Positions 25,353 to 33,648 of a DNA stretch of 64,000 bases are shown here, in pieces. The position numbers and the translations under genes are program-made. The notes beneath the pieces are model-generated. The model had not been told where the DNA came from, ran no database searches, and was given only the letters and a program-made list of their open reading frames with translations. Source of the stretch: an uncultured bacterium (GTDB lineage Bacteria > Planctomycetota > Phycisphaerae > Phycisphaerales > SM1A02). Position 1 is the stretch's first letter. The number at the start of each line of letters is the position of its first letter. The DNA is taken from NCBI GenBank assembly GCA_903831295.1, contig CAIKXA010000097.1, forward strand, positions 984 to 64,983. Direction: 5' to 3'.

Positions 25353-26861
25353 ATGGCGGTGAATTCTGGATGGCAAGCACCCTCGCAAGCTGGACGATTT
25401 ATTGCCACGCTCGCGGCAATTGTGATTGTCGCTTGGGGTTACATGACCATTCCAAGCGGATGTGAAACAGAGGGAGCGGTTAGATCGCGGACCGCGTTAC
25501 CAGGCAGTCCTTTAGAAAAAAATTCCACTGGCTCATCCACGGCCGCGCCAATCGCAAGAGTTGACGGCGCCACGGATGTTGTTGAAAAGCCAAAGACTCC
25601 GCCTCCACTGCAGCGGCCATTTCCGCCAACGTCGCAGCCGAACATTCGTGTGCGAGTTGCGGCTGTGCGCGACGAACCGGTGCAACTGACGCATTCCTCT
25701 GGTTGGCTTTGGCTCAAAGGTGAGAACGCGCAATCGGGTCGAACATTTCGCTCGCCCGTGGCGGTGTATCCCGTGAATGATGGTTGGCGCATCGTGGAGG
25801 CTTTTGGAACCACGCAGGCGGACAATTATCGGTTGAAAGAAATTGGCCCGCTGCAAGTGAGAGCACCACAAAATTCCCGCGGGGATATTCAATTTGGTGG
25901 CAACGCATATTTGGGCAATGTCAACATTGTGCGCCGCGCGGATATCAATGAAAACGCGGCGGATTTGGTGTTTGTTGTGCCCTTGGAAGAGTATTTGCCT
26001 GGCGTGTTGGCGAAGGAATTATTCAAGGGTTGGCAGGCCAACACGTATCAGGCGCAAGCCATCGCCGCGCGCAGTTACGCCGCGTGTGAAATGGAGTGGT
26101 GGAGAAATCGCCGCCACTACGATGTGGTCGCAGGTCAGGCAAGTCAAGCGTGGGTGGGCGCAACAAGTGACGCGAAAAGTTTGGACGCGGTCGCCAATAC
26201 GCGCGGACAATATCTTGTGTTTGATGGTCGCGTTGTGCCGGCGTACTACTCCAGTTGTTGCGGTGGTTTGCCTTCGTCCGCGGTGGATTCCATTCGTGAT
26301 GGAACTTGGACCCAGATCACGCCGCTGAATATCGCCGACAAAGGTCGCCGTACGATGTGTTGCGAGAAGGCGCCAGTGGCAAAGTGGCAGGCTTCATTTT
26401 CAATTTCAGAAACGGTCGATCGCATGAATGAATGGGCCAAGCAAGCTGGGCGCAAAGATTTGGGTCCAATGAATGGTATGAAAAGTTTTGTTGTGGTCGA
26501 TAAAAATTCCGTCGGGCGTTCCATGACGTTTCTGATCACCGATAAAAATGGAAAGCGATTCACCTGGGACGCATCCGATTTTCGTGTAGCGCTCAACAGT
26601 GGCGCCAATGGTTCGCGTGACTCGTTGAAATCTTCCGCGCTTGAGCCGCGCATCGATGGAGGACGCTTAATTTTGGATGGTCGCGGCTATGGTCACGGCG
26701 CTGGAATGTGCCAATATGGCGCGGAATTCATGGCAAAATCAGGAAAATCTCCGCGGGCGATTTTGGAGCGCTACTACCCAGGGGCCACCGTTGTCACCAT
26801 GCCAGAAACTTCCAGCGCCACCGCCACAAGTTCGGCGTTGGTGAGTTCTCCCAAACCTTAA
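25353..26861 (+). CDS. SpoIID/LytB-domain protein (peptidoglycan-remodelling type)
   Basis: 'LEEYLPGVLAKE', 'QAQAIAARSYA' and 'VPAYYSSCCGG' are SpoIID-family blocks. The N-terminus has a TM or signal segment. GAAGGAG lies 6 nt upstream of the ATG. Confidence 0.82.
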   Translation: MAVNSGWQAPSQAGRFIATLAAIVIVAWGYMTIPSGCETEGAVRSRTALPGSPLEKNSTGSSTAAPIARVDGATDVVEKPKTPPPLQRPFPPTSQPNIRVRVAAVRDEPVQLTHSSGWLWLKGENAQSGRTFRSPVAVYPVNDGWRIVEAFGTTQADNYRLKEIGPLQVRAPQNSRGDIQFGGNAYLGNVNIVRRADINENAADLVFVVPLEEYLPGVLAKELFKGWQANTYQAQAIAARSYAACEMEWWRNRRHYDVVAGQASQAWVGATSDAKSLDAVANTRGQYLVFDGRVVPAYYSSCCGGLPSSAVDSIRDGTWTQITPLNIADKGRRTMCCEKAPVAKWQASFSISETVDRMNEWAKQAGRKDLGPMNGMKSFVVVDKNSVGRSMTFLITDKNGKRFTWDASDFRVALNSGANGSRDSLKSSALEPRIDGGRLILDGRGYGHGAGMCQYGAEFMAKSGKSPRAILERYYPGATVVTMPETSSATATSSALVSSPKP

Positions 26862-26880
26862 TCGCCCCAAGGATTCAATC

Positions 26881-27516
26881 GTGTTCACAGGAATTATTCA
26901 ACATATGGTCGCGGTGGAATCCCTACAAGAGAAACAATATGGCAAACAATTGGTTTTGAACTGCGGCGAGTGGCCGAACAATCCAATTATTGGTGAAAGT
27001 ATTTGCGTGGATGGATGTTGTTTAACGGTGGTGGAAATTATTCGTGGTTCCTTGGCCTTTGATGTGGTGCCTCAGACTTTGCAACATACAACCATTGGAA
27101 ATTTGCGCAGCGGGGACATGGTGAATGTTGAACGCGCGTTGCGCGCTGATTCATTGCTCGGTGGCCATATGGTTCAAGGACATGTGGACACCACGGGGGC
27201 GGTCTTGGATGTCGATCGCTCCAATGGGCAGTGGCGCACGCGCATTGAGTCGCCAACTTCGATCGATCATGTTTTGCAAGAGCGCGGCAGTGTTACTGTT
27301 GACGGTGTGAGCTTGACGATTGCCACCAAAGGCCAAGGTTGGTTTGAAGTGGCGTTGATTCCAGAAACGCTGGCCAAAACAACATTGCAGTTTCGCTTGA
27401 AAGGGTCGCGCGTGAATCTGGAAGCGGATTCCATGGCAAAACACATCGCCGTCGAAGTTGCTCGGCAAATGCAAATACTGGGAATATCAGCGGAATCACT
27501 TGCAAAATCTCACTGA
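26881..27516 (+). CDS. ribE: Riboflavin synthase (alpha chain)
   Basis: 'MFTGIIQ' start. Duplicated lumazine-binding halves ('ICVDGCCLTV', 'VTVDGVSLTI'). GTG start. Confidence 0.92.
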   Translation: MFTGIIQHMVAVESLQEKQYGKQLVLNCGEWPNNPIIGESICVDGCCLTVVEIIRGSLAFDVVPQTLQHTTIGNLRSGDMVNVERALRADSLLGGHMVQGHVDTTGAVLDVDRSNGQWRTRIESPTSIDHVLQERGSVTVDGVSLTIATKGQGWFEVALIPETLAKTTLQFRLKGSRVNLEADSMAKHIAVEVARQMQILGISAESLAKSH

Positions 27517-27560
27517 GTCCATGCAGTTTGCCCGGGATTTATTGATGACCGTTGGCGAGA

Positions 27561-28850
27561 CTAGGACACTTTGAACACGAGCATTGTTAAGTCGTCGGCG
27601 CATGATTCCATTTGGGTGCAACCGAGGGCTTGCTGATCAAGCCTGCGTTCCATATCCGTGATCATGTCCGTGGGCTGCGTGATTGGTAGTAGCGCGCACA
27701 ACTCTTGCAAGTGGCGGGGTGCTTGTTTGACAGGCGCGCTTGCTGATTCTGGTGGATCTGGAAATGCAAATTCAAATCCGTCCGAGTACAAAATTATTCG
27801 GTCTCCAGCGTGAAGTTGAATTTCTTTCTCGATCCATTCCACTCCTTCAAATACGCCGATCAAGCCCCCGGCGCACTGGATGAGCTCTATGGATTCTGTT
27901 CCGCGCATGATGATGGCACTGGGGTGTCCCGCGCTCGCCATGCGCATCACGCGTGTTCGTAGATCAATGATCGCGTAAATAGCCGTGGCAAATCGGGTGG
28001 TATTTCCTTGGCGCGCCAGTAATTCACGATTGACGCACGCCAGCGCCTCGCCGGGTTGAATAATTTTATAGGTATTTCCAATGATTTCCTTGGTTGGAAG
28101 TCCACGCGCGATCACCATGGTCAACAACGCCCCGGGCACGCCGTGGCCAACCGCGTCGGCGATGAACAAGCCAACATGATGTTCATCCAAGCGTCGCACA
28201 TCGTAGATGTCGCCACTGACATAGTTCATGGGGCGCCATAAAGCGGCGACTGCGCCACCAGAAAAAGCCGACAATTTTTTAGGCAAAAAATCGCGCTGGA
28301 CTTGGCCAGCCAAATGCAACTCGTCGTGCATCTGGGTGACTTCGCCAAGCAAACGATCGGTTTGAATTTTCGCTCCGCGGTTTGCTTGTCGAAGCGTGTC
28401 GATTTCAGATTGACGCGCAAATAAACCGCGCAACAGTGCGGCAATCACTTGCGGAGATTCGCCTATGGGCAATGAGTTCCACAATGCGTTCTGAGATACC
28501 GCAGGTGTTGGCGCGTCGGTTAAAAGCAAAATGGGAATATTGCGCATTTCAACGCCATCAAGCAAATCAGCAAGCCCTGAGGAATTGTCGCCACGGCTTA
28601 AACAAATCACCACCGCGTGAACTTGCGTGTTCAAATTTTCACCCGCGTCGCGTATGGATACGCATTCAAAAGTTGCGTGATGTTGCAGAAGTTTGGCAAG
28701 CGAAGTGGGCAGTTCGCGCAACTGTTCCGTGGCTGAATCCCCAAGCACAAACAGAACCCGAACGAGCGGGTAAGGATGGGGGATATCGTCTTGCGCCAAC
28801 ATGCCTCGCGATTCTATCGGCGATTCAATTCGGCTTGTTTCAAGCAACAT
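27561..28850 (-). CDS. PP2C-type (SpoIIE/RsbU family) serine phosphatase with a degenerate N-terminal receiver-like domain
   Basis: 'VSGDIYDV', 'LFIADAVGHGVPGALL' and 'ILYSDGF' are SpoIIE-family motifs. The N-terminal ~120 aa look receiver-like, but the phospho-acceptor position reads 'VVICLSRGD'. Confidence 0.83.
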   Translation of the reverse strand: MLLETSRIESPIESRGMLAQDDIPHPYPLVRVLFVLGDSATEQLRELPTSLAKLLQHHATFECVSIRDAGENLNTQVHAVVICLSRGDNSSGLADLLDGVEMRNIPILLLTDAPTPAVSQNALWNSLPIGESPQVIAALLRGLFARQSEIDTLRQANRGAKIQTDRLLGEVTQMHDELHLAGQVQRDFLPKKLSAFSGGAVAALWRPMNYVSGDIYDVRRLDEHHVGLFIADAVGHGVPGALLTMVIARGLPTKEIIGNTYKIIQPGEALACVNRELLARQGNTTRFATAIYAIIDLRTRVMRMASAGHPSAIIMRGTESIELIQCAGGLIGVFEGVEWIEKEIQLHAGDRIILYSDGFEFAFPDPPESASAPVKQAPRHLQELCALLPITQPTDMITDMERRLDQQALGCTQMESCADDLTMLVFKVS

Positions 28851-28884
28851 TCCAAACTCAGGAACGGTTAAAATAATCCTCTGT

Positions 28885-29178
28885 ATGAAAAAACTTTCTC
28901 AACGCCAAGTGGATTCCCGCCTGGCAAAACTCCCGCAGTGGAGCCAAAATGGTGACGCCATTCAACGCACGTTTCAATTTGAAAATTTCGTTGGCAGCAT
29001 GCGCTTTTTAAATAGCGTGGCGGAGGCGGCCGAAAGAGTCCAGCACCATCCAGATATTTTGGTTCGTTGGAACAAAGTCACTTTGACTTTGTCCACGCAT
29101 GACGTTGGTGGAATTAGCGAGAAGGACATGGCGTTCGCCGCCAACGCCGATCAGATTTCCGGGTTGCCTTCCGCGTAA
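28885..29178 (+). CDS. Pterin-4-alpha-carbinolamine dehydratase
   Basis: About 97 aa. 'L..W......I.R.F.F.NF', the 'HHPD' motif ('ERVQHHPDILVRWNKVTLTLSTHD') and 'GISEKD'. I prefer the ATG at 28885. Confidence 0.87.
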   Translation: MKKLSQRQVDSRLAKLPQWSQNGDAIQRTFQFENFVGSMRFLNSVAEAAERVQHHPDILVRWNKVTLTLSTHDVGGISEKDMAFAANADQISGLPSA

Positions 29179-30209
29179 TCACCCAAGGCACGCCGCACCA
29201 AGATCGCGCGGCTTAAGCGGCCTTTTTCCTCCTCGGCCGCGAAGGGATCAATCTGCGCCAGATGCGCTGGTTGCACTTGTAGCAACAATTGCTCAACGCA
29301 TTCAATACTGAGATTGTGCAGAAGCCCGCTTGAAATTCCAAAGCGCAAAGTGGAGAGCAATTTGGTGGCCTCTTCGGCTCCAAGCAAGCGGGCGACTTTC
29401 AGCGTGGCGCGTGCGCGGTACACCTTGTCTTCAATGAGCGGGCGATTTTTTTCCAGCAACATTTGCCGCGCCGTGCGCTCATAGTCAATCAACTTTGGGA
29501 TCACCTCGTCGCGGAAATGCTGCAGCAATTCCTCCTCGGACGCGCCCAAAGTCACTTGATTGCTCACTTGATAAAAGTTGCCGATCGCGTCGGTGCCTTC
29601 ACCGTAATACCCGCGCACAGCTAAATGTAGATCTTTCGCGGCGCGCTTGACGCGCTCAATTTCGCCCGAGTAACGCAATGCCGGTAAATGCAACATCGCG
29701 CCCAAGCGAATGCCGCAACCAACATTGGTTGGACACGCCGTGAGGTAGCCCCAGCGTTGATGAAACGCAAAGTCAACGGTCTCCTCCAACGCTTGATCAA
29801 AGGAGCGGGCCAGATCAAACGCCTCGTTCAAACGGAATCCCGGAAAAATACTTTGAATGCGAAGATGATCTTCCTCGTTCACCATCACTCCAAGTTGCTC
29901 GCTATGACCCAATCCCAGCGCGCGCGGCAGAGTGCTTTGGGCAAAATGTTTGGAGACCAAATGGCGCTCCACAAGCAGTTGACGCTCTTGCGCCGAAGCC
30001 TGGGTCATGTTCACCCACGCCAAGCCATCGGGAAATGCTCCGCCAAGCGGCGCATGCGTGACCATTTGCAAAACTTCTTGCCGTTGCGAATCCGAGGCGC
30101 GCCCAGTGAATGGAAAGCCAGCCAGATTGCGCGCCACGCGAATTCGAACGCTGACAACCACGTCATTGTCATTGTTTGAATTGAAATCGGTTTGGTCGCT
30201 CATGCTCAA
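29151..30209 (-). CDS. mcsB: Protein arginine kinase (ATP:guanido phosphotransferase, McsB type)
   Basis: 'VSVRIRVARNLAGFPF', 'NEEDHLRIQS', 'LTACPTNVGCGIRLGAMLHLPAL' and 'YGEGTDAIGNFYQVSNQ'. Confidence 0.9.
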   Translation of the reverse strand: MSMSDQTDFNSNNDNDVVVSVRIRVARNLAGFPFTGRASDSQRQEVLQMVTHAPLGGAFPDGLAWVNMTQASAQERQLLVERHLVSKHFAQSTLPRALGLGHSEQLGVMVNEEDHLRIQSIFPGFRLNEAFDLARSFDQALEETVDFAFHQRWGYLTACPTNVGCGIRLGAMLHLPALRYSGEIERVKRAAKDLHLAVRGYYGEGTDAIGNFYQVSNQVTLGASEEELLQHFRDEVIPKLIDYERTARQMLLEKNRPLIEDKVYRARATLKVARLLGAEEATKLLSTLRFGISSGLLHNLSIECVEQLLLQVQPAHLAQIDPFAAEEEKGRLSRAILVRRALGDYAEGNPEI

Positions 30210-30718
30210 GTGGTCGGTTCGGTTGGCGGTTTTTTCTCCGCACCCATTTGATGCAGACGTCCTTGCAAAGAAGCGGCTCGCTCGTACTGTTCCGCGGCAA
30301 CGGCGGACTCTATTTCCTTGATTAATTGCCTGCGAACAGCGGCGCGATCGGCTTGGCCTTCGATGCGCTTGGGCGTGCGACCACGATGACTCACGGCTCC
30401 AGATTGCGCACGTTCAATAATGGCCGCCACCGATGGCATGAATGAGTCGTAGCACGTGGCGCAACCGAAACGACCTGTTTGGCGGAACTCGGCGAAGGTG
30501 AGTCCGCATGCTTCGCAACATCGAGCGGCGGCTTTCTGCGCCTTGAGTGATTTTCCCGTGGCCGCGAATTGTTTTAGGATTTGCGTCACTGGAACCGTGG
30601 GTAAAATGTATCCCTTGGCCGCGGCATGTTCGGCGCACAAATGCAATTCCATCTTGTTTCCATTTTGGATGACAACTTCATGCACCATCGCCGGGTTGTC
30701 ACATAGATCACATTTCAT
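30206..30718 (-). CDS. mcsA: McsA-like activator (Cys4 zinc-finger pairs + UVR motif)
   Basis: 'MKCDLCDN...HLCAEH' and 'CEACGLTFAEFRQTGRFGCATCYDSF' zinc fingers. C-terminal UVR-like 'LIKEIESAVAAEQYERAASLQGRL'. 4-nt overlap with mcsB. Confidence 0.82.
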   Translation of the reverse strand: MKCDLCDNPAMVHEVVIQNGNKMELHLCAEHAAAKGYILPTVPVTQILKQFAATGKSLKAQKAAARCCEACGLTFAEFRQTGRFGCATCYDSFMPSVAAIIERAQSGAVSHRGRTPKRIEGQADRAAVRRQLIKEIESAVAAEQYERAASLQGRLHQMGAEKKPPTEPTT

Positions 30719-30783
30719 CGCGGGGTCATTATAGGCAACAGCGCCGTGGCGTCTGATTCGTCGCGCGGCAATTTTTTAGAAAT

Positions 30784-31617
30784 TCAGCCATTGTTCGTGG
30801 CGCGGCGAATCGCGTCAAGTGTTTTTAATAATTGAGGCACGCTGCTCAGCGGCAACATGGTGCTTGCATCACTCAGGGCCTTGGCAGGTTCAGGATGGCA
30901 TTCAATAAAAATAGCGGAAACGCCCACGGCAACAGCAGCTTTTGCCAATAAGGGAGCGCGGTCAGGGCGGCCACCAGTGCGTTCACCTTCGGCGCCTGGA
31001 AGCTGCGTGCTGTGTGTCGCGTCAAAGCAAATTGGAACTTCCAAGTCCATTAAATCACCAATTCCCATGAAGTCATTCACCAATCGGTTGTAGCCAAATG
31101 TTGTTCCTCGTTCGGTCAGCATGATCATGCGGCAACCGCCTTCGCGAACTTTCGCCACAACATGACCCATTTCCGCTGGACTCATGAATTGACCTTTCTT
31201 CACATTCACCGGTTTGCCGGTGTCGGCGGCGGCCAAAAGTAAATCCGTTTGTCGACATAGAAACGCCGGCACTTGCAACATGTCAACGACTTGGGCGACG
31301 GCTTGGCATTGACTGGCATCGTGAATATCCGTGGTCACTGGAACGCCAAGCGACTCGCGCAATTTCGCCAAGCGCTCCAGACCCGACTTAATTCCGGGCC
31401 CGCGCGGACTCTTCACGCTTGAACGGTTGGCCTTGTCAAAGCTGGCTTTGAAAACAAAACTTAATCCCAATTCTTTGCACGTGTCGCGCAGTGTTTCGCC
31501 AATCTGTTGATTGATGGCCTCGGACTCCAACACGCATGGACCGCCAATGACAAGCAGTCGTTGGTGCGGATGGGCGAAAAACGTTTCAAGAACATCGTTT
31601 TGGTGGGACATAATCAT
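30784..31617 (-). CDS. kdsA: 3-deoxy-8-phosphooctulonate (KDO-8-P) synthase
   Basis: 'VIGGPCVLES', 'FKASFDKANRSS', 'LQVPAFLCRQTDLL' and 'FDATHSTQ'. Confidence 0.93.
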   Translation of the reverse strand: MIMSHQNDVLETFFAHPHQRLLVIGGPCVLESEAINQQIGETLRDTCKELGLSFVFKASFDKANRSSVKSPRGPGIKSGLERLAKLRESLGVPVTTDIHDASQCQAVAQVVDMLQVPAFLCRQTDLLLAAADTGKPVNVKKGQFMSPAEMGHVVAKVREGGCRMIMLTERGTTFGYNRLVNDFMGIGDLMDLEVPICFDATHSTQLPGAEGERTGGRPDRAPLLAKAAVAVGVSAIFIECHPEPAKALSDASTMLPLSSVPQLLKTLDAIRRATNNG

Positions 31618-31738
31618 TCATTTTACGGTTTTTTAGAAATTTCACCCGACAGTATAAAAGTTGTAATACACCGTATGTGATATGTGAGCCGAGCGTATCG
31701 GACGCGTGTGGTGGTGGACCGTTTCAGGAGTCGAAAGC

Positions 31739-32536
31739 ATGGAAGCATTTCCTATGAATCCCGAGGATTTTACAGGCTTTGTCAAGAGAATTTTTCTTCG
31801 ACAATGGTCCAACCACAAGTTTGAAATCGCCGGTCCAATGGATTTGGTGATTGATGGCAGGCACCTTGGGTTGGAAAATCTTTGGCGCATCGCCAAACAG
31901 GATCCCGCGCGCGCCGAGGACATTGTGGAAAGTTACATAGACAAATTGATGGAGGGCGATTCCATTGGCGGTCTTCCCATGCCGTTTTCCTTGGTGCGCA
32001 ATCGCATCATGCCGCGCATTCAACCAGAAAGTATTTTCACGTACTTGGACCGCGAGCAAGTGGCGCACATTCCATTTGTCAATGAAACGGTTGTTGTGTT
32101 TGTGATTGACATGCCTCATGTCACCGTGAGCGTGACCGTGGAGCAGATGGTGCGCTGGGGAGTTCAATTGGATGATTTGGAAATCTTGGCTCGGGAAAAT
32201 TTGGCCCGCTACGCGCCGGAGTTGAAGGTGCGCATTGTCGAAGGCGAGGATGGTGGCAAGGCCGCGATTGTGGCGTTGCAAGATGGATACGACGCCGCGC
32301 GGTTGTTGCTTGATTCGCTGCATCTGAAACTTGCTCCGCAACTTGGCGGCGACTTCTTTGTTGCCACCCCGGCGCGCGACATGTTTGTTGCCATGACATG
32401 CAATCCACCCAAGTTTGTTGAGCGCATTTCGCAGCGTATTGGCCGAGATTATCAACGACTTCCATACCCAATCACCAGTTCGCTGTTTCTTGTCACGCGT
32501 GATGGCGTGGCGGGTACTGCGGAAGAAGCAGCCTGA
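31739..32536 (+). CDS. Hypothetical cytoplasmic protein (possibly DUF1444-like)
   Basis: ATG at 31739 with AGGAG 8 nt upstream. No TM segments. The family assignment is tentative and from memory only. Confidence 0.5.
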   Translation: MEAFPMNPEDFTGFVKRIFLRQWSNHKFEIAGPMDLVIDGRHLGLENLWRIAKQDPARAEDIVESYIDKLMEGDSIGGLPMPFSLVRNRIMPRIQPESIFTYLDREQVAHIPFVNETVVVFVIDMPHVTVSVTVEQMVRWGVQLDDLEILARENLARYAPELKVRIVEGEDGGKAAIVALQDGYDAARLLLDSLHLKLAPQLGGDFFVATPARDMFVAMTCNPPKFVERISQRIGRDYQRLPYPITSSLFLVTRDGVAGTAEEAA

Positions 32537-32567
32537 AGAACGAGGCGCGCTTCGCTAGCATCGTGGC

Positions 32568-33164
32568 GTGGTTCTGCTGATCGATAATTATGATTCATTC
32601 ACTTGGAACTTGGTGCACCGCATGCAAGAGGCGCGTCCTGGTTTACGAGTGGACGTTGTTCGCAATGACGCCATTGATTGCGCGCGCGCGGCGGCGATGA
32701 AGCCAACGCATCTTGTGATTTCACCGGGGCCATGCACTCCCAAAGAAGCCGGCGTGAGCGCGGAGTTGATTCAATATTTTCGTGGGCGCATTCCAATTTT
32801 GGGCGTGTGTCTAGGGCATCAAACGATTGGTGATTGCCACGGTATGACGGTGCGCCGCGCCGACAAACCCATGCATGGCAAGACCAGCCAAATTCATCAC
32901 GATGGGCGCGGAGTTTTCCTGGGAATGCCGCAGCCATTTCAAGCCACGCGCTATCACTCGTTGGTGATTGATCTGGCCACTCTCTCGAGTGAATTTGAGG
33001 TGAGCGCCCAAACTGATGATGGAATTATCATGGGAATTCGCCTGCGAATCAAGCAAGGGGAGGCTCCTATGGAGGGCGTGCAATTTCATCCCGAAAGTTT
33101 TTTAACCCCCGACGGACCAAAGTTGCTGTCGAATTTTTTAGCCATGTCCGCGGCGGTGCGCTAA
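32568..33164 (+). CDS. Glutamine amidotransferase class I, anthranilate/aminodeoxychorismate synthase component II (TrpG/PabA)
   Basis: 'VLLIDNYDSFTWNL', 'PILGVCLGHQ' and 'GVQFHPES'. GTG start. Confidence 0.9.
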   Translation: MVLLIDNYDSFTWNLVHRMQEARPGLRVDVVRNDAIDCARAAAMKPTHLVISPGPCTPKEAGVSAELIQYFRGRIPILGVCLGHQTIGDCHGMTVRRADKPMHGKTSQIHHDGRGVFLGMPQPFQATRYHSLVIDLATLSSEFEVSAQTDDGIIMGIRLRIKQGEAPMEGVQFHPESFLTPDGPKLLSNFLAMSAAVR

Positions 33165-33174
33165 ACTGATTTCC

Positions 33175-33579
33175 ATGCAAAGCACCGCCAGCGATATCAC
33201 CCGCGCCGTTCTTCAACAATTGGATGGCGACAAAATCATCCTGGCGATTCCGTCAACCGATTATCAAATACACCTTGTGTGCAGTGGAAAGACATCCGCG
33301 CAAGTTGGCAAAAAAATTCAAGGCGTGATCGACATCAAGGCGTTGCGGATGCACAAGGCGAGCGCGGGTGGTTCCTTCATCGAGCCAATTTACGGACACC
33401 CAAGAGTTGTGCAGGCGCGCGTGTTGGCGATTGATCTTTCAAAAAATCGTTTGCTGTGCGAGGTGGTTGTGCCTATGTGGGTTGAGCCATTTGATGGCCA
33501 AAGCGCGGCGGATTTTAACGCGGGCGACATGGTGAATTTCTACGCTCAATCTGGCGCGACATTTACGCCAGTTGCTTGA
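33175..33579 (+). CDS. Hypothetical small protein (134 aa)
   Basis: ATG 10 nt after the TrpG/PabA stop. No recognisable motif. Confidence 0.45.
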   Translation: MQSTASDITRAVLQQLDGDKIILAIPSTDYQIHLVCSGKTSAQVGKKIQGVIDIKALRMHKASAGGSFIEPIYGHPRVVQARVLAIDLSKNRLLCEVVVPMWVEPFDGQSAADFNAGDMVNFYAQSGATFTPVA

Positions 33580-33648
33580 GAACGACTCATCTCAGCGGAT
33601 GTTTGCAACGCGTTTCATATGCGCGCAAGTGATTCATTCAGCGATGCA

